Shown here: piece after piece, positions 1 to 12,865 of the stretch
Layout of the letters: the number at the start of each line of letters is the position of its first letter
Numbering within the stretch: the stretch's first letter is position 1
Assembly: GCF_009914755.1 (NCBI RefSeq)
Contig: NC_060930.1
From: the human T2T-CHM13v2.0 reference genome, Homo sapiens
Reading direction: 5' to 3' (one strand)
Length of the DNA: 64,000 nt
Notes under the pieces: generated by a model
What the model saw: only the letters and a program-made list of their open reading frames with translations
The model's database searches: none
What the model was told of the DNA's origin: nothing
Program-made: the position numbers and the translations under genes

Positions 1-91
1 GGGGGTAAAGCTGGGACTCAGCAAAGGCTCTGCTCTCCTGGACCCTACAGAGGACAAACAAACAGCAACAGGAACGCACGTCAATGTTGTG

Positions 92-283
92 CACAGGGAG
101 GGTGCTCACCCTGATGGGGGCGACACAGGGAGGGTGCTCACCCTGATGGGGGCGACACAGGGAGGGTGCTCACCCTGGTGGGGGCGACACAGGGAGGGTG
201 CTCACCCTGGTGGGGGCGACACAGGGAGGGTGCTCACCCTGGTGGGGGTGACACAGGGAGGGTGCTCACCCTGATGGGGGTGA
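92..283. repeat. 32-bp minisatellite, 6 copies (CACAGGGAGGGTGCTCACCCTGRTGGGGGCGA)
   Basis: Unit starts at 92, 124, 156, 188, 220 and 252; copies nearly identical. Confidence 0.95.
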
Positions 284-1624
284 GGGTGGGGCTTAGGGGA
301 AGGCACCTCTGAGCTGTCTTTGGGTTGAAATTGAAATTAAAGGAGGGAGGAAATGGGGGAATAAAAAGTGCAAAGGCCCTGGGGCCACCTGAGCGCCCCT
401 TGGAGAATTGTGGCCAGGCCCTAGCCAAGGAGCCCTGAGCCCAGGTGAGGTCTCAGACTTCAGGGTGGCAAGGAGACCTGGGGGCTACCCCTGCAGACCA
501 CACATGCCTGGAAAAGCTTTTGGAGTTTATTTCTGGGGCAAAGTGAAGCCAGTGAAGGGCCCGGGTAGAGGAACAAACCCCTGACTGTGTTTTAAAGGCT
601 CACAGCCAAAGACCACAGGGACAGACCAGCCTGGTGGTCCAGGCAGGGCCGAGGTGGCTTGGGCTGGAACAGCTGCGTGGGGGAAAGGATGGCACAGAGG
701 GTACTTGGAGGTGGGGGATGAGGAGAACCAAGGGACAGAGGATGACTCCGTGTTCGGGCCTGAAACATTGGGTAGACTGACAGTGAGGCCATTTGCTTGG
801 CAAAACAAGGGGGCAGTGGGGTACGGACAGGAGGGCGTTGGCTGCTTTCAGCTGAGTGTCTTGTCATGTCCCATGCAGGTGCAGGAAGCACAGGGGAGGG
901 GCCAGGGCCAAGCAAGGGCTGGTGAGTGAGCCTCAGCTGCAGGGCTGGACAGAGTCATCTGGGGGAGAGGTGGGGCAGGAGGATGCCTGGAAGCCAAGAG
1001 GAGACACTGTTCCAGAGGTGAATGCTCCATCACCACTGAGGCCAGCAGAGAAGTGAGCATGGGGGTCCTGGCCTGCTGGCTTGGACTTCCTAACTGTGGG
1101 GTACTGCCCACAGGGCCAGAGGGAAACACTTAGGGGCCCTAACCACACACAAGACCTTACAATTCTCTCCCACATGTAACTCAAATATGTATATCTGTAT
1201 TTTGCAACAAGACAAATTTTAAACTATGGTTTAAAAAAAATCCCCCTGAATTTGCTGATTGCAAACTTCTTGGCAAATCTGTCCAGGCTGAACTTTTCTC
1301 CATCTTCCTCTGCTGCTGCTGTTTTGCCTGCTTTTCAAGTGCTTAGGACACTTACTTGGCCATTAGTCAGATTAGACTGGCTGCTTCTAAATTAGTCCCT
1401 TGGCCAGGATCACCTCTCTCTATAATAGAGAAATTGTTTCAGGTGCCTTCGATGGCATCCTCAGCCCAGAGCATTAAGTCCTGGTGGCATCACAGGCCTT
1501 GGCCACCCACCTAGGTCACAGCTCCCTTGACTGATCCTTCTCCACCCCCTAGGCACCTGGACTCAGGCCCCCAGAGGGCCACTCACCATCACCTGGCTAT
1601 GCCTGGCATTTTCCACATCCCTGC

Positions 1625-1870
1625 TCCAGTGTCTGGGTGTCTGGGCAGACTTCCTGGTTCACAGATGGAGCCTTCTGGCTGTGCCCCCACGGGGCGGAAG
1701 GAACAAGGCAGCTCCCTGGGGCCTCTTTTGTAGGGGCACTAATCCCACCATGAGGCTCCACCCTCCGAACCTCATCACCTCCCAAAGGCCCCACCTCCTA
1801 ACACTGTCACCTTGTGGGTGAGGTTTCAGCCTAGGAATTTGGGACGCTTGCGCATTCTGCCTGGAGCATT
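1625..1870 (-). mobile_element. MaLR LTR fragment (MLT1A/MST-like)
   Basis: GGGCACTAATCCCACCATGAGGCTCCACCCTC...CACCTCCCAAAGGCCCCACCTCCTAACACTGTCACCTTG resembles antisense MLT1A/MST consensus. Confidence 0.75.
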
Positions 1871-3224
1871 AACCACGTATCTTCCCTGTGTTTGCCAAGG
1901 ATGTGTCCGGAGACTTTAGTCAGTCCTAAAATTCTCCCTCCCGCTAGTGAGTGACCTGAGCAGTGCATCCTGCAGCAGCCCAGCCCTCAGGTGTTCATCC
2001 TCCAGCAGCGCAGCCCTGCCCACCCTCGGGAGGAGGAGGGGCCCGGCGCTGACACCTGCGGCCTTCTCAGTGCCACAGCCGGGCTCTGCATCCCTGCAAT
2101 GCTCCACAGCTGCAAGGCTGCTCACTCACTTTGCACAGTGGCTCCCAAACCCCATTTGCAATTTTCCCTCCGAGACCCTCACAGCAGCTGGGGCCTCCTC
2201 TTCAGGCCATGTGTCCCTTCTTCAAGAGTCAAAATGAGAACAAGTCCGTCTCTTCCTTTTCTTCCTCCAAGCTTGGGGAGGCAGCAGCTTCCTCTCTGGC
2301 CCCCAGTTAAGGACCTTCTACCTACGGATTCCCTACATCAAGTCCCTCATGGGAATTATCTGTTCTGGTAGCTTCCGTGGCTTCTTTCTCTTCCCAGACC
2401 CTGACAGATGACCACGCGTGGCTTGCTGAAGCCATAGCTGTATGAGGACACTGGCAGAAACGGCTGCTGTTCTTCTTGCTTCCCAAAGGGCAGAGATACC
2501 TCGAGTCACAGAAGGATGAGGAAGCGTCTTCTCACACCCCTGACTTCATCTGCTGGGAGCTGGTGGCTGAGGGCGGCTGGTTTGCTCTAACCCTTCAACA
2601 CCGATGAGTGGAAAGGGCCAAGGAAGCAACCCCCGCAAACTGCCTGGTTGCCAAGAGGTCTCCCAGGTAGGGGACAGACTCGGGTCCTGCCGGCAGCTGC
2701 GCAGGGAGGGTCTCCATGACGCAATATCTCCACACCACGGCAGGGGGCGCTGTTCACGTGCGCGAGAACGCTCCTTAGTGACCAGAGCCTTTGCTCCAGG
2801 GACAGGAGCTGCCTCAGAGCACAATTTGCTGCTTTGAAAAGGGATTTAGAACAGGAATTCCCTCAGACTTGGTAACAGTAGATGCCGTGTGAGCGGAAGA
2901 GCATCTTCAGGGAAAACGTGTGAGAAATGGGGGAGAGGAAACCTGACTCCAAATAAACCAAGAACACGGCAGAAATTAAGGAGCTCGCAAAAGCTGTGAG
3001 AGGGCAGCGAGTTGCCAGTTCATATAAATGAAGAGATCAGCAGAGTCCACCGCCGACTGGTTGCGAAGAAGTCTAAAAACAGACCCAAGGATTCGGAAAT
3101 TCGGGGCCGTCGTAGAGCCACTCATTTCAGTAGAACAGTAAGTGCAGAAACCAGATTTATACACACAGGTATATACATGGATACACACATCTATACACAC
3201 ACTAGTTTTCTATTTGTGTTTTAA

Positions 3225-3490
3225 AATTTAACTTTTTATTTTGATGTTTAAAGAGTACATACAAATGTAGAAAGGACTGTGTAATGAACTCCCATGTACC
3301 AAGTACCACCTGATTAATAATTAAGTGGCTTATGACTAATAATTATTGACTCACGACTCAACTTGTTTAATCAGTTTCTGCCTGTCCCCACTCTCTATCT
3401 CTCTTTCTCTTTGGATTGGAGTATTTTCTGGCCATCCCAAAAGATATAATTTTATGTAACTACTGTGTCTCTAATGGATAAGGGCTTTTT
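3225..3490 (-). mobile_element. Old L1 (L1MC4/5-like) 3' fragment
   Basis: CATACAAATGTAGAAAGGACTGTGTAATGAACTCCCATGTACC resembles the L1MC4/5 3' UTR. Confidence 0.55.
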
Positions 3491-3869
3491 AAGAGCAGCA
3501 GAGGGAGAGAATTGGGACAGAACCCAGAGCCACAGGGAGAGCTGTGTCCTTGAGCAGCACAGATCCGAGGCAGCGCCTCTGGTTGCCCAGCTAGTTTAGA
3601 AGCATGATCAAACATGTGACATGAGAAGCAATATTTACCCTTCTAAAATGTGGCTTCAAGGATAGATTGGTTTAAGCCAAGCCTCCTTTACTTTTCCAAA
3701 TAAGAACAGACACACACTGATAGGAAATGAAACAGGAAATGGCCCCCCTGGCTAATGTGTGGGTAGGGTGAGATGATTCCTTTAACTTGCTCAGCATGAG
3801 TGCCTTCTCAGGATGTGACAGGAGTTCATGTCGGGATTTAAGAACATGGACTTCTTGGATCTGTTGGTT

Positions 3870-4035
3870 GTATGTTCTTGGGAAAGTTACTTATGCCTCA
3901 ATTTCACCTGCAAATTGGGGTTAATAATGTTTAAGGTCACAAGGTTGTTCCAAGGATAACACGAGAGGGTGCATGTAAAGAGGTGGGTGTAGCACCTGCC
4001 GTGTAAGAACTGCTCAGCCTACATTAGCTGTAATG
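3870..4035 (+). mobile_element. MIR SINE fragment
   Basis: CTTGGGAAAGTTACTTATGCCTCAATTTCACCTGCAAATTGGGGTTAATAATG...TGCATGTAAAG is MIR core-like. Confidence 0.7.
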
Positions 4036-4409
4036 ACGATTGGTGAAGACACCCGCTTGTTAACTGTTGTGTTCTGTGAGCCCCCCAGAAGCACCTTGTC
4101 CGTAATTATCACACAGAAGGCCTTTTCCTCCACTTTCACCGTACACAGAAATAATATGTAAGGCCCAGACTTAAAATGTAGGCTGTCATTTTTTTCCTAC
4201 TCGAAAATAATAGAGAGAAACATTTCTTTTTTTCTTTTTATTTCTAGTGCACCTATATATGTGTAAGAATGGTTTATTACTCTCGATCTTCTAAGTTAAT
4301 TTTGGGGGAAAATAGTAACTCCTTCAAGACTCTAGAGTTTCCTTTAGCCAATTAGACATTGTGATGACTCATCTGAGAGAGTATGAGTAGGCTGCTTATG
4401 AAATTTATT

Positions 4410-7400
4410 CTGCCACCCAAAGATGATAAACTTAAAGAAGTCCCTCACCCAGACACAGCATAATAAAACAGCTGAAAACCAAACACGAAGAAATCTTAAA
4501 GTCAGCCAGAGGAATCAGCACGTGACGCACAGGGAGCAAAAATCCAAAGGAGCGTGGATTCACCTTCAGGAGGAGCCCTGGAGTCCTCAAAGTGGCACAG
4601 CAGGCCCAGAGCATGGAGGAAAAGAGCTACGCACCTTGAACCTTATATCCAGCAAAAGTGTCTTTCAGCAATGAATGTGAAATACAGACAGTCTCAGATG
4701 AAGACAAACTAAGAATTTATTTCCAATTTACCTGTGATAAAAGAAGCGCCACAGAAACTTCAAGCAGAGAGAAACAGTAAGGATAATCTGGAACTTCAGG
4801 AATGAAGGGAAAGTGACAGAAATGATAAATGTCTGGGTGAATAAAATAGGCCTTTTTCTCGGTGTGTATGAGGAATGAAGGCAGCATCCATAACACTGGT
4901 CTTTTCAGCTAACGCAGAGGTCCACACAGAGGGGAGGGCACGGGGCCAGCGGAGGGCATGGAGGCCGCTGTGGAAGTGGCTTCTGTAGTCCACATGAAAC
5001 AGCAAAATGTTATCCTCAGTAGACTGTGAAAAGTTAATTGTGTAAATTGTAATTCGTACGTGAACCACACACCCACACAGCTGTGCAAAGAGATATAAAC
5101 CAGACCCCAATAGACCCTTAACATGGAATATTAAAACTATTCTAAGAATCCAAATGGAGATATAAAAGGGGAAATTGATTAAAAAAATGTAAGACACAAT
5201 CAGAAAACAAATCATGAAATGACATACTTAAATCCAAACACCCCAGTAACTAAATTAAATATAAGTAGCTTAAGCATATCAATCAAAAACCAGATGATCA
5301 GATTGGATATTTTAAAAAGACCAAACTGTGCTGTCTCCAGGAAGCCTACTTTAAATATAATGATGTAGGGGGATGAAAAGATGCACCACATAAACATTAA
5401 TGATAATAAAAAAGCTTCGGTGGCTGCAGAGACGAGATAGACATCAGAGCCAGGAAGATTGTGGTTGATGAGGAAGGGCACTGCATGATGGTGAGAGGTC
5501 AGGTCCACAAGCAGACGTTGCCGTCCTGAGTATGCACGTGACAGAAGAACTTCAAAATATACGAAACATAAACTGGTGGGACCGAGAGGAGAAATGATGG
5601 ATTAATAACTGTAGTTGGTAGTTGGAGTCTTCAACACTCCTTTATCAGTCATGGTTAGAATAGAACAGAAAATCTTCTAGAAGGAGGATAAAGAACTGAA
5701 CAGCATCACCAACCACCTGGACTCACTTGACATGTGCAGAACACGCTGCCGAGCAATAGCAGCACACACGTTCTTCTCAGGGGCACGTGAAATGTTCACT
5801 AGGGTAAATCATGCCATGGGTCATTGAAAGCTCTAACAATTTTATAAGATCTGAAATCATGCAAAGCATGCTTTTGACCACAATAAAGCTAAGCTAGAAA
5901 TTAATAACAAAAAGATATTGGGGAAACTTCCAGCTACTTGAAGGCTAAATGACACACTTAGATAATGCATAGGTCAATTTTACATTTCAAAGAAATTAGA
6001 AAAAAATTTGAACTGTATGAAAATTGGAAACAGAAAAACAAGAAAGAAAATCAATGAATTCAAAACAGTTCTTAAAAATATCAACAAACTGGTAAATGAC
6101 AGAGAGAAAAGAGAGAAAACAAATGATCAATATTAAGACTGAAAGAGATGATAGCATTATAGACACAACCGACATAAAAATGACAGTAATGGACCACTAT
6201 GAACAACTCTACGCACCTAAATTTGAGAAGTTAAATGAAACGGCCAAGTTCCTTAAAAGCCACACACTATTAAAACACACTTAACAAGAAATAGATAAAC
6301 TAAATAGTTCTGTATCAAAGAAATTGATTTTTTAGTTAAAAATCTTCCAAAAATAAAACTCCAGGTCCAGATGATCTCACTGGAAAATTCTACTAAACAT
6401 TCAAAGAAGAAATATCAGAAACTGTATACAGTCTTTCAGAAAATAGAAGAGGAAGGAGCACTAACTTATTTTATGAAACCAGTATTATCTTGATGCCCAA
6501 ACCAGGGAAAGAAGAGAAACTATGGACCAGCAGCCCTCATCATCATCAATTCTCAACAGAATATCAGCCAATCAAATCGAACACTATATGAAATAAATAA
6601 TCCATCACAATGAAATGGGCTTATTCCAGGAATGCAAGGCTGGTTCTACTTTTGACAATCAATCAATGCAATTCACTATATTAACAGACTAAAAAAAAAA
6701 ACTATGTGATTTTGTCCACGGATGAAGAAAAAGCATTTGACAAAATTCAGCATCTAGTCATGACAAAAACTCTCAGCAAACTAGGAAGAGAAGGGAATTT
6801 CCTTAACCTGATAAGGCGTATTTATTAAAAAAAAATTCACTATGGCTGATATCAAGATAGTGACAGAGCAAAGGGTTTTCTCCTAAGATTTGGAACAAGG
6901 CAAGGGTGTCCATTCTCACCACTCTTATTCACCATCACACTGTAAACCCTAGCCAGCAAATGGAGCAAGAAAAGGAAATTAAAAGGCATGCAGTTGAAAC
7001 AAAAAAAAAACTGTCCCTGTTCATAGGTGATGTGATTATTTATGTAGAAAATTCCAAGAAATGTACAAAAAAGGCTGCTAGAACTAATAGGTATGTTTAG
7101 CAAGGTTGCTGGATAGAATGTCAACATTCAAAATTAATCATATTTCTATATACTGGCAATGAACAGCTGAAAACTTAAACACACAACTACACATACACAC
7201 ATTTGTACACACATACACACCATTTACGATAGGGACAAAAAATGATTAGGTATAAACCCAGCAAAACATAGAGGCTTTATAAGCCAAGAACTACAAAACA
7301 CTGATGGAAGAAATCAAAGAATATCTAAATAAATTGAGAGACACATTGTGTTCATGAACTGGAAGACAGAACTTAGTTATTTGTCAATATTGTCTACATT

Positions 7401-8200
7401 GATCTATTGATGTAACACAATTTCAATACAAATTCCAACAGGATTTAAAAAATAGATATAGGCAAGCTCATTCTGCTATTCACATGAAAGGCAAAGAAAC
7501 TAAAATAGCTAAAATAATTTTGAAAAAGAAAAAAAAAGTTGGAGGACTCACATTGCCTGCCATTAATACTTAACATAAGGCTACATTAGTCAAGACAGTG
7601 TTATTGGCGGGGACAGAAACACGTATCAGACGAACAGAATAGAGAACCCAGAAATCTACATACACAAATATTGTCCAGTGGCCTTTGAAAAGGGTGGAAA
7701 GGCAATTCGATGGGGAAAGGATAGACTTTTCCACAAATGGTGTGAAAAACTGGGCATCCATATGCCAGTACAAGCAAACCAACCATCTTGCTCTAAACCT
7801 CAAACCTTCTACAAAAGTTAACTGAGATTGAACTACAGAGCTAAATGTAAAACATAAAACTAAAACTTTAGGAGACTTTATAGGAGAAAATCTTTGTTGC
7901 CTGGGGTTAAGCAAAGGATTTCCAGATTCAGCACCAAAATCACGATGCAGAAGAGGAAAAATCGATACATTTAACTGTATTAAAATTAAAAACCATTGCT
8001 CATGAAAGACATATTTAAGAGAAGGCTGGAAGAAACCAGTTTCCAATCATGATATCTGACAGTATAAAAAGAGCTCTCAAAACTCCACAATAAGAAAATA
8101 AACAACCCAACTTAGAAAATGAGCAGAACGTTGGAAGAAACTTCCCCATAGATATTATAAGGACAGCACATGAAAAGAATGAAAAAATTGGGAAGAACAT
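4410..8200 (+). mobile_element. Degraded ancient L1M (ORF1 end, inter-ORF region, ORF2 EN/RT/C-terminal remnants)
   Basis: A-rich sense strand. ORF fragments 6096-6284 (MDHYEQLYAPKFEKLNE) and 6906-7100 (KKLSLFIGDVIIYVEN, degenerate FADD motif). CCAGGAATGCAAGGCTGGTT and GAAAAAGCATTTGACAAAATTCAGCAT are L1 RT motifs. Many stops and frameshifts. Confidence 0.9.
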
Positions 8201-8444
8201 TCTTTATTTGAGCTAAAAACATGTCCTGATTTATTATTAGTCATATATTAGCCTAAGAAATGTTTGTCCTCATTGTAGACTGTCGTAATTTTTCCCAACA
8301 ATAAATCTTTATGATGCACCTACTGTGTGCAAAGCACAGACTTCTTGGGCCAATCCCACAGAGAAATCGGGTCATTCTCGCCAGCTACTGGCATCATTTT
8401 CCTCTGCAGTTTTGGATGCTTTCACCTTAAAATCCTCTTAGGAT

Positions 8445-8881
8445 GTGTAGTGGGAAGAATAATGGCCCCCAAAATGTTTGTGTTTTAATCCTCAGATCCT
8501 GGGAATGTGTCTTGCACATGGCAAAGAGGGATTCAGGCAGCTGGAATTAATGTAGCCAAGCGCCCGCCCTGAAGTAGGGAGCTGATCCTGGGTTGTCAGG
8601 CTGGCCGCTGTGATCCCAGGGCCCTTCACCTCGGAAGACACCCACATCAGAAGGGCTGTACTGACCATTGCTGGTCTGAAGAGGGAGGACAGGCCATGAG
8701 CCCAGAACGCAGCGGCTCCTAGAAGCTGGAAAACAGGAGTCACCCCTGAAGCTTCCAGGAGACAGCCCTGCCGACACCTTGATTTCAGCCTGTGAGACCA
8801 TTTCCGACTTCTGGCCCACAGAATGCTAGGACAGGCCTGAGTCTGTGTCACCCGCCACAGCAGCCATCAGCAGCTGACACA
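8445..8881 (+). mobile_element. MLT1D-like MaLR solo LTR
   Basis: Begins TGTAGTGGGAAGAATAATGGCCCCCAAAATG; contains CAGCCCTGCCGACACCTTGATTTCAGCC...GACTTCTGGCC; ends CTGACACA. Confidence 0.8.
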
Positions 8882-8893
8882 GGTGTCCTGTGT

Positions 8894-10581
8894 TCTGCCC
8901 ACCGGCTCTGGGGTCCCTTGGGTGCTGATGAGAAGTGCAGCTTCCTGGACTTCACATGCAGGGGCTGAGGGACCCCAGAGCCTGTGCTGGCCACCTCCCA
9001 GCCTGCCCACGTGGCTGGGGCGCTGCCCCAAACACCCTTCGTGCCAGCCCCCCGCGGGGCTTTCCAGGCAGCAGGCCCCCAGGGAGCAGAAACCAAGGAG
9101 CAGGGGCAGTTCCTGTTTCTTCCGTCCTAATTAGAAATCCAGCCTTCTTCTGGGGCCAGGTGCCATGGCCGAAGTCATCTTGACTTCTCATCAGCTTGTG
9201 TGCTTGAATGAGATTTCCACAGCACCGGCCGTTAGAAGGCCGTGGATGGAACACGGGTGAAGACTCTCCATTGCCTCCTGACAGCTTTGTCCTGGGTGGG
9301 TCTGTCTGTGACCGCTCTCGGGTGACTGTCACGCTCATCACGTTAAAAACGATCTCCATCTCCCTCTGTCACCCTCTGCACCCCCGGCTGCAGGACGCGA
9401 GGTGGGGACACAGCACGGGCTGACAGATGGTGACGCTTGGCTGTGGTGCTGACAGACCAGCCGGGGACCTCGTGTGGGAGGACCAATTACCACCGCATCC
9501 CCTCAGGGAAGAGCCTCTCAGCTGCATGTGGGGGCTCATGATAAATGAATTGGAAGGAAAAGATTGCACTCTGAAGGCCATATTCCAAGGATTTGTGTCA
9601 GCAGGTTGTAATTAGTTAATTAAATGCCCGGCTGGCGCGATGGCCCCATGGGGCTGCTCCCGAAACAAGGGCAGGAACGTCCTGGAATCTGCATGCAGGG
9701 CCACAGCCCGCACCTCCCAGCACATGAGCCCCTTTTCCAGGGAAGGTCACTGGGAGATTTGGGAAGAGTCTTTGGGGGTATTCAGTGTCTGAAGTCACTG
9801 AAATGAAAAGGAGATGGAGACATCCGTGATCACAGAGCTCTGGGCGGAGCAGGCAGGGATGAAGAGGGTGAAACGATGGATGCCGGAGCGCAGGGACTGG
9901 CGAGGGAGAGGGTGACGCAGGCTAAGGAGAGGGCGAGAAGCTTCCCAGATGTTAAAGCGCCCAGACTCCGTTTTCAAAGTAGCTTTGAGCGTGAGGGCCG
10001 TGGCGCAGGCTGTTTGATGCATGTAATAACGATGCGTCCAGAGCTCCGGACAATGCGTGAGTTGATGCTGAACACGCGCTAGGCCCAATGACATGAGCCG
10101 AAACCCAAACCCCGCCCCACACCGTGCAGCTGCCCTGAGCCCAAGCCTCCCGGAGTCCCAGAGCCCGCCTGTAGGTGTTGCGCTTACACCTTGGGTCTCC
10201 CTGACTCATAAAGGCGCTTGGGAAAGGCCTCCCGTATGGACGCCCCTGTCTCCCTCACACCCCTGCTGCCCCCATCGAATCCCCTGCAACGCCCACCTAG
10301 GAGCACCCTGAGGCATAACGCAGTTCCAAGTCCTGCTCCTCAAGCCTCAGTCCGGCCACGGAATTCCCAGTGGAGACAGCAGTCGCGGAGCATTGGTCTC
10401 CACACCACCTGCTCTCCTCATCTCAGTGACTTAGAAATTAATTCAGGGCAGTGCCCCAGCCATGCGGGCAGGCCAGGAGGTGGCCAGCATGGGCTCTGGG
10501 GTCCCTTGGCCCTTGCACAGTGAGGTCCAGGAAGCTGCGCTTCTCATCAGCACCCAAGGGACCCCAGAGCAGGTGTGCAGA
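8894..10581. repeat. Inverted repeat pair: arms 8894-9028 and 10446-10581
   Basis: Hand alignment of arm A against the reverse complement of arm B gives about 16 differences in 136 bp (~88% identity). Confidence 0.9.
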
Positions 10582-10839
10582 GGACCACACTGAAAACCCT
10601 CCCAGGAGCGCCAGATGCCCGTGCCAGCTGCCAATGGTTGCTGTGGCAAGTGACACAGACTTAGCCACAAGTGACACGGGTGCACTAGCCACAAGGATCT
10701 TTGAAATACGCAGATCAACTCACGCTACTCTCCTGCCCCAAACCATCAGTAAGTCCCCGTTGGTCCTGAGTAAAGCTGCCCTCTTCGCCTGGCTGCCGAG
10801 CCTCTGTGCTGCTGGCTGCCCTTCTCTCCCAGGGCCTCG

Positions 10840-11560
10840 CCATGCCCACTCCACGCCATGCCCACATCATGCCCACACTACAGCATGCCCACTCCACCCC
10901 ATGCCCACATCATGCCCACTCCACGCCATGCCCACATCATGCCCACACTACAGCATGCCCACTCCACGCCCACCCACACCCAGTCCACACCACACCACAC
11001 CCACTCACCACGCCCACACCACACCCCGCCCATGCCATGCCCACTCCACAGCACGCCCACTCCACACCACGCCCACCCACGCCCACTCCAGACCACACCA
11101 CGCCCACACACCACGCCCACAACACGCCCACCCACGCCCACTCCACACCACGCCCACCCACACCCACTCCACACCACTCCCACTCCACACCAGAACCCAC
11201 TCCACGCTACACCCACACCACGCCCACTCCACACCATGCCCACTCCACACCATGCCCACTCCACACCACACCCACCCACCCCCACTCCAGACCACACCAC
11301 GCCCACACACCACACCCACAACACGCCCACTCCACGCCATGCCCACCCACACCCACTCCACACCAGAACCCACTCCACACTACACCCACACCACGCCCAC
11401 TCCACATCATGCCCACTCCACACTATGCCCACCCATGCCATACCACACCCACACCATGCTCACAACACACCCACTCCATGCCGCGCCCATGCCACGCCCA
11501 CACCACACCATGCCCACAACACACCACGCCCACTCCACACTACACCCACTCCATGCCGCA
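10840..11560. repeat. C/A-rich low-complexity tandem repeat (CCCACTCCACACCA / CACGCCCAC units)
   Basis: Direct reading; source of the His/Pro/Thr-rich spurious ORFs. Confidence 0.95.
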
Positions 11561-11659
11561 GCCACTTCACTCTTTTTGCAGGCCCTCTGGTGTCCCAGGA
11601 CAATGGCCGTCTCAGGGCCTGGCACTGCAGCTGTCCTGCTGATCTTCACCTGCCAATCC

Positions 11660-11775
11660 TGTTTACTAAAGAATATGGCACTCCTCTCCTGTATTCTCCA
11701 ATTGTTAGTTTCTCCATTGATTCTCCAGGGTTTTCCAGAACAATCATGATGACATCTGCAAATAATAATCATCTT
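11660..11775 (-). mobile_element. Old L1 ORF2 RT fragment
   Basis: Reverse complement reads TTATTTGCAGATGTCATCATGATTGTTCTGGAAAACCC, a degenerate [11 protein letters not shown] motif. Confidence 0.5.
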
Positions 11776-12270
11776 TTTATTATCAGATAATAATATTTTA
11801 TTAGCAAAATAAATGCTGAATAGCAGAGAGTGGCCAGGCACGTGTCACACGCCGGCGAGGATGCTGTGTCCCCACCCCCACCCCTCTTTGCTGACCACTG
11901 GTGACCTTCACGCGGAGAGCACACTATTGGAACTAGTTCCCTTTCTGTGGCCAATGAAGAAACTGAAGAAGCAAAATCAGAACTTAGCAACGACCTTCCT
12001 CGCTGGGAAGACCTGGTCCCCAGGACGATGATTCCTCTCATGACAAAGAAAACACCCAGGTGGCTTGAGAGGAAGGAGAAAGGCCACATTCTCCAGGGAC
12101 CCAGGGAGTTCCAGAGAGGACGGCTGGGCCTTGCAGGCCCCAGGCCTGCCCGGAACCCAGATCAGAATTTACTGCAGTCCTCCTTTGGCAGGGCCATCTT
12201 TATCTCATGTATTCTGTAATCTTTTGGAAATTTGGAAGAAAGATGTTCTCAGGGAGTGCTGATGGAATAG

Positions 12271-12865
12271 TGTGAACCCAAAATATCTGAGGCAGGTCTC
12301 AGTCAATTTAGAAAGTTTATTTTGCCAAGGTTGAGGGCGCGCCGTGACACAGCCTCAGGACGTCTGGTGATGGTGGCCGGGGCCCAGCTTGGTTTTATAC
12401 ATTTTAGGGAGACATGAGACATCAATCAATGTATGTAAGATGTACATTGGTTCTGTCCAGAAAGATGGGACAACTCAAAGCAGGGAGGGGGCTTCCGGTT
12501 ATAGGTAGATCAGAGACAAATGGCTGCATTCTTTTGAGTTTTTGATTAGCCTTTCACTGAATGCACAATTTACTGGAATAGTTACGTATGCCTTAGTCTG
12601 GCTGAGTGAAACAACAGGGCGGAGGAAGCATTCCGATCTGTGTTTGTCTCATGTGAACAGAGGGATGACTGAGTTCTGTCTGTCCTTCGTCCACGAGGAA
12701 TTTCCTTGTGGTCAAATTGTGAGGGTGGTCTGTAGCTTGTTAAAAATCTTCTCAGCCATCTTATTTAGGAATAGAATGGGAGACAGGTTTGCCCAACACA
12801 GTTTCCAGCTTGACTTCCCTTAGGTTTAGTGATTTTGGGATCCTGAGATTTATTTTCCTTTCACA
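12271..12865 (-). mobile_element. ERV1 solo LTR, MER4A/MER4A1-like
   Basis: Starts TGTGAACCCAAAATATCTGAGGCAGGTCTCAGTCAATTTAGAAAGTTTATTTTGCC and ends GAGATTTATTTTCCTTTCACA; TG...CA termini; flanks ATAG/AGAG may be a 4-bp TSD. Confidence 0.85.

Noticed and set aside
10451-11790. 432-, 310- and 278-aa His/Pro/Thr-rich ORFs
   Set aside because: They overlap in all three frames across a low-complexity C/A repeat that lacks stop codons; no domain or codon signal.
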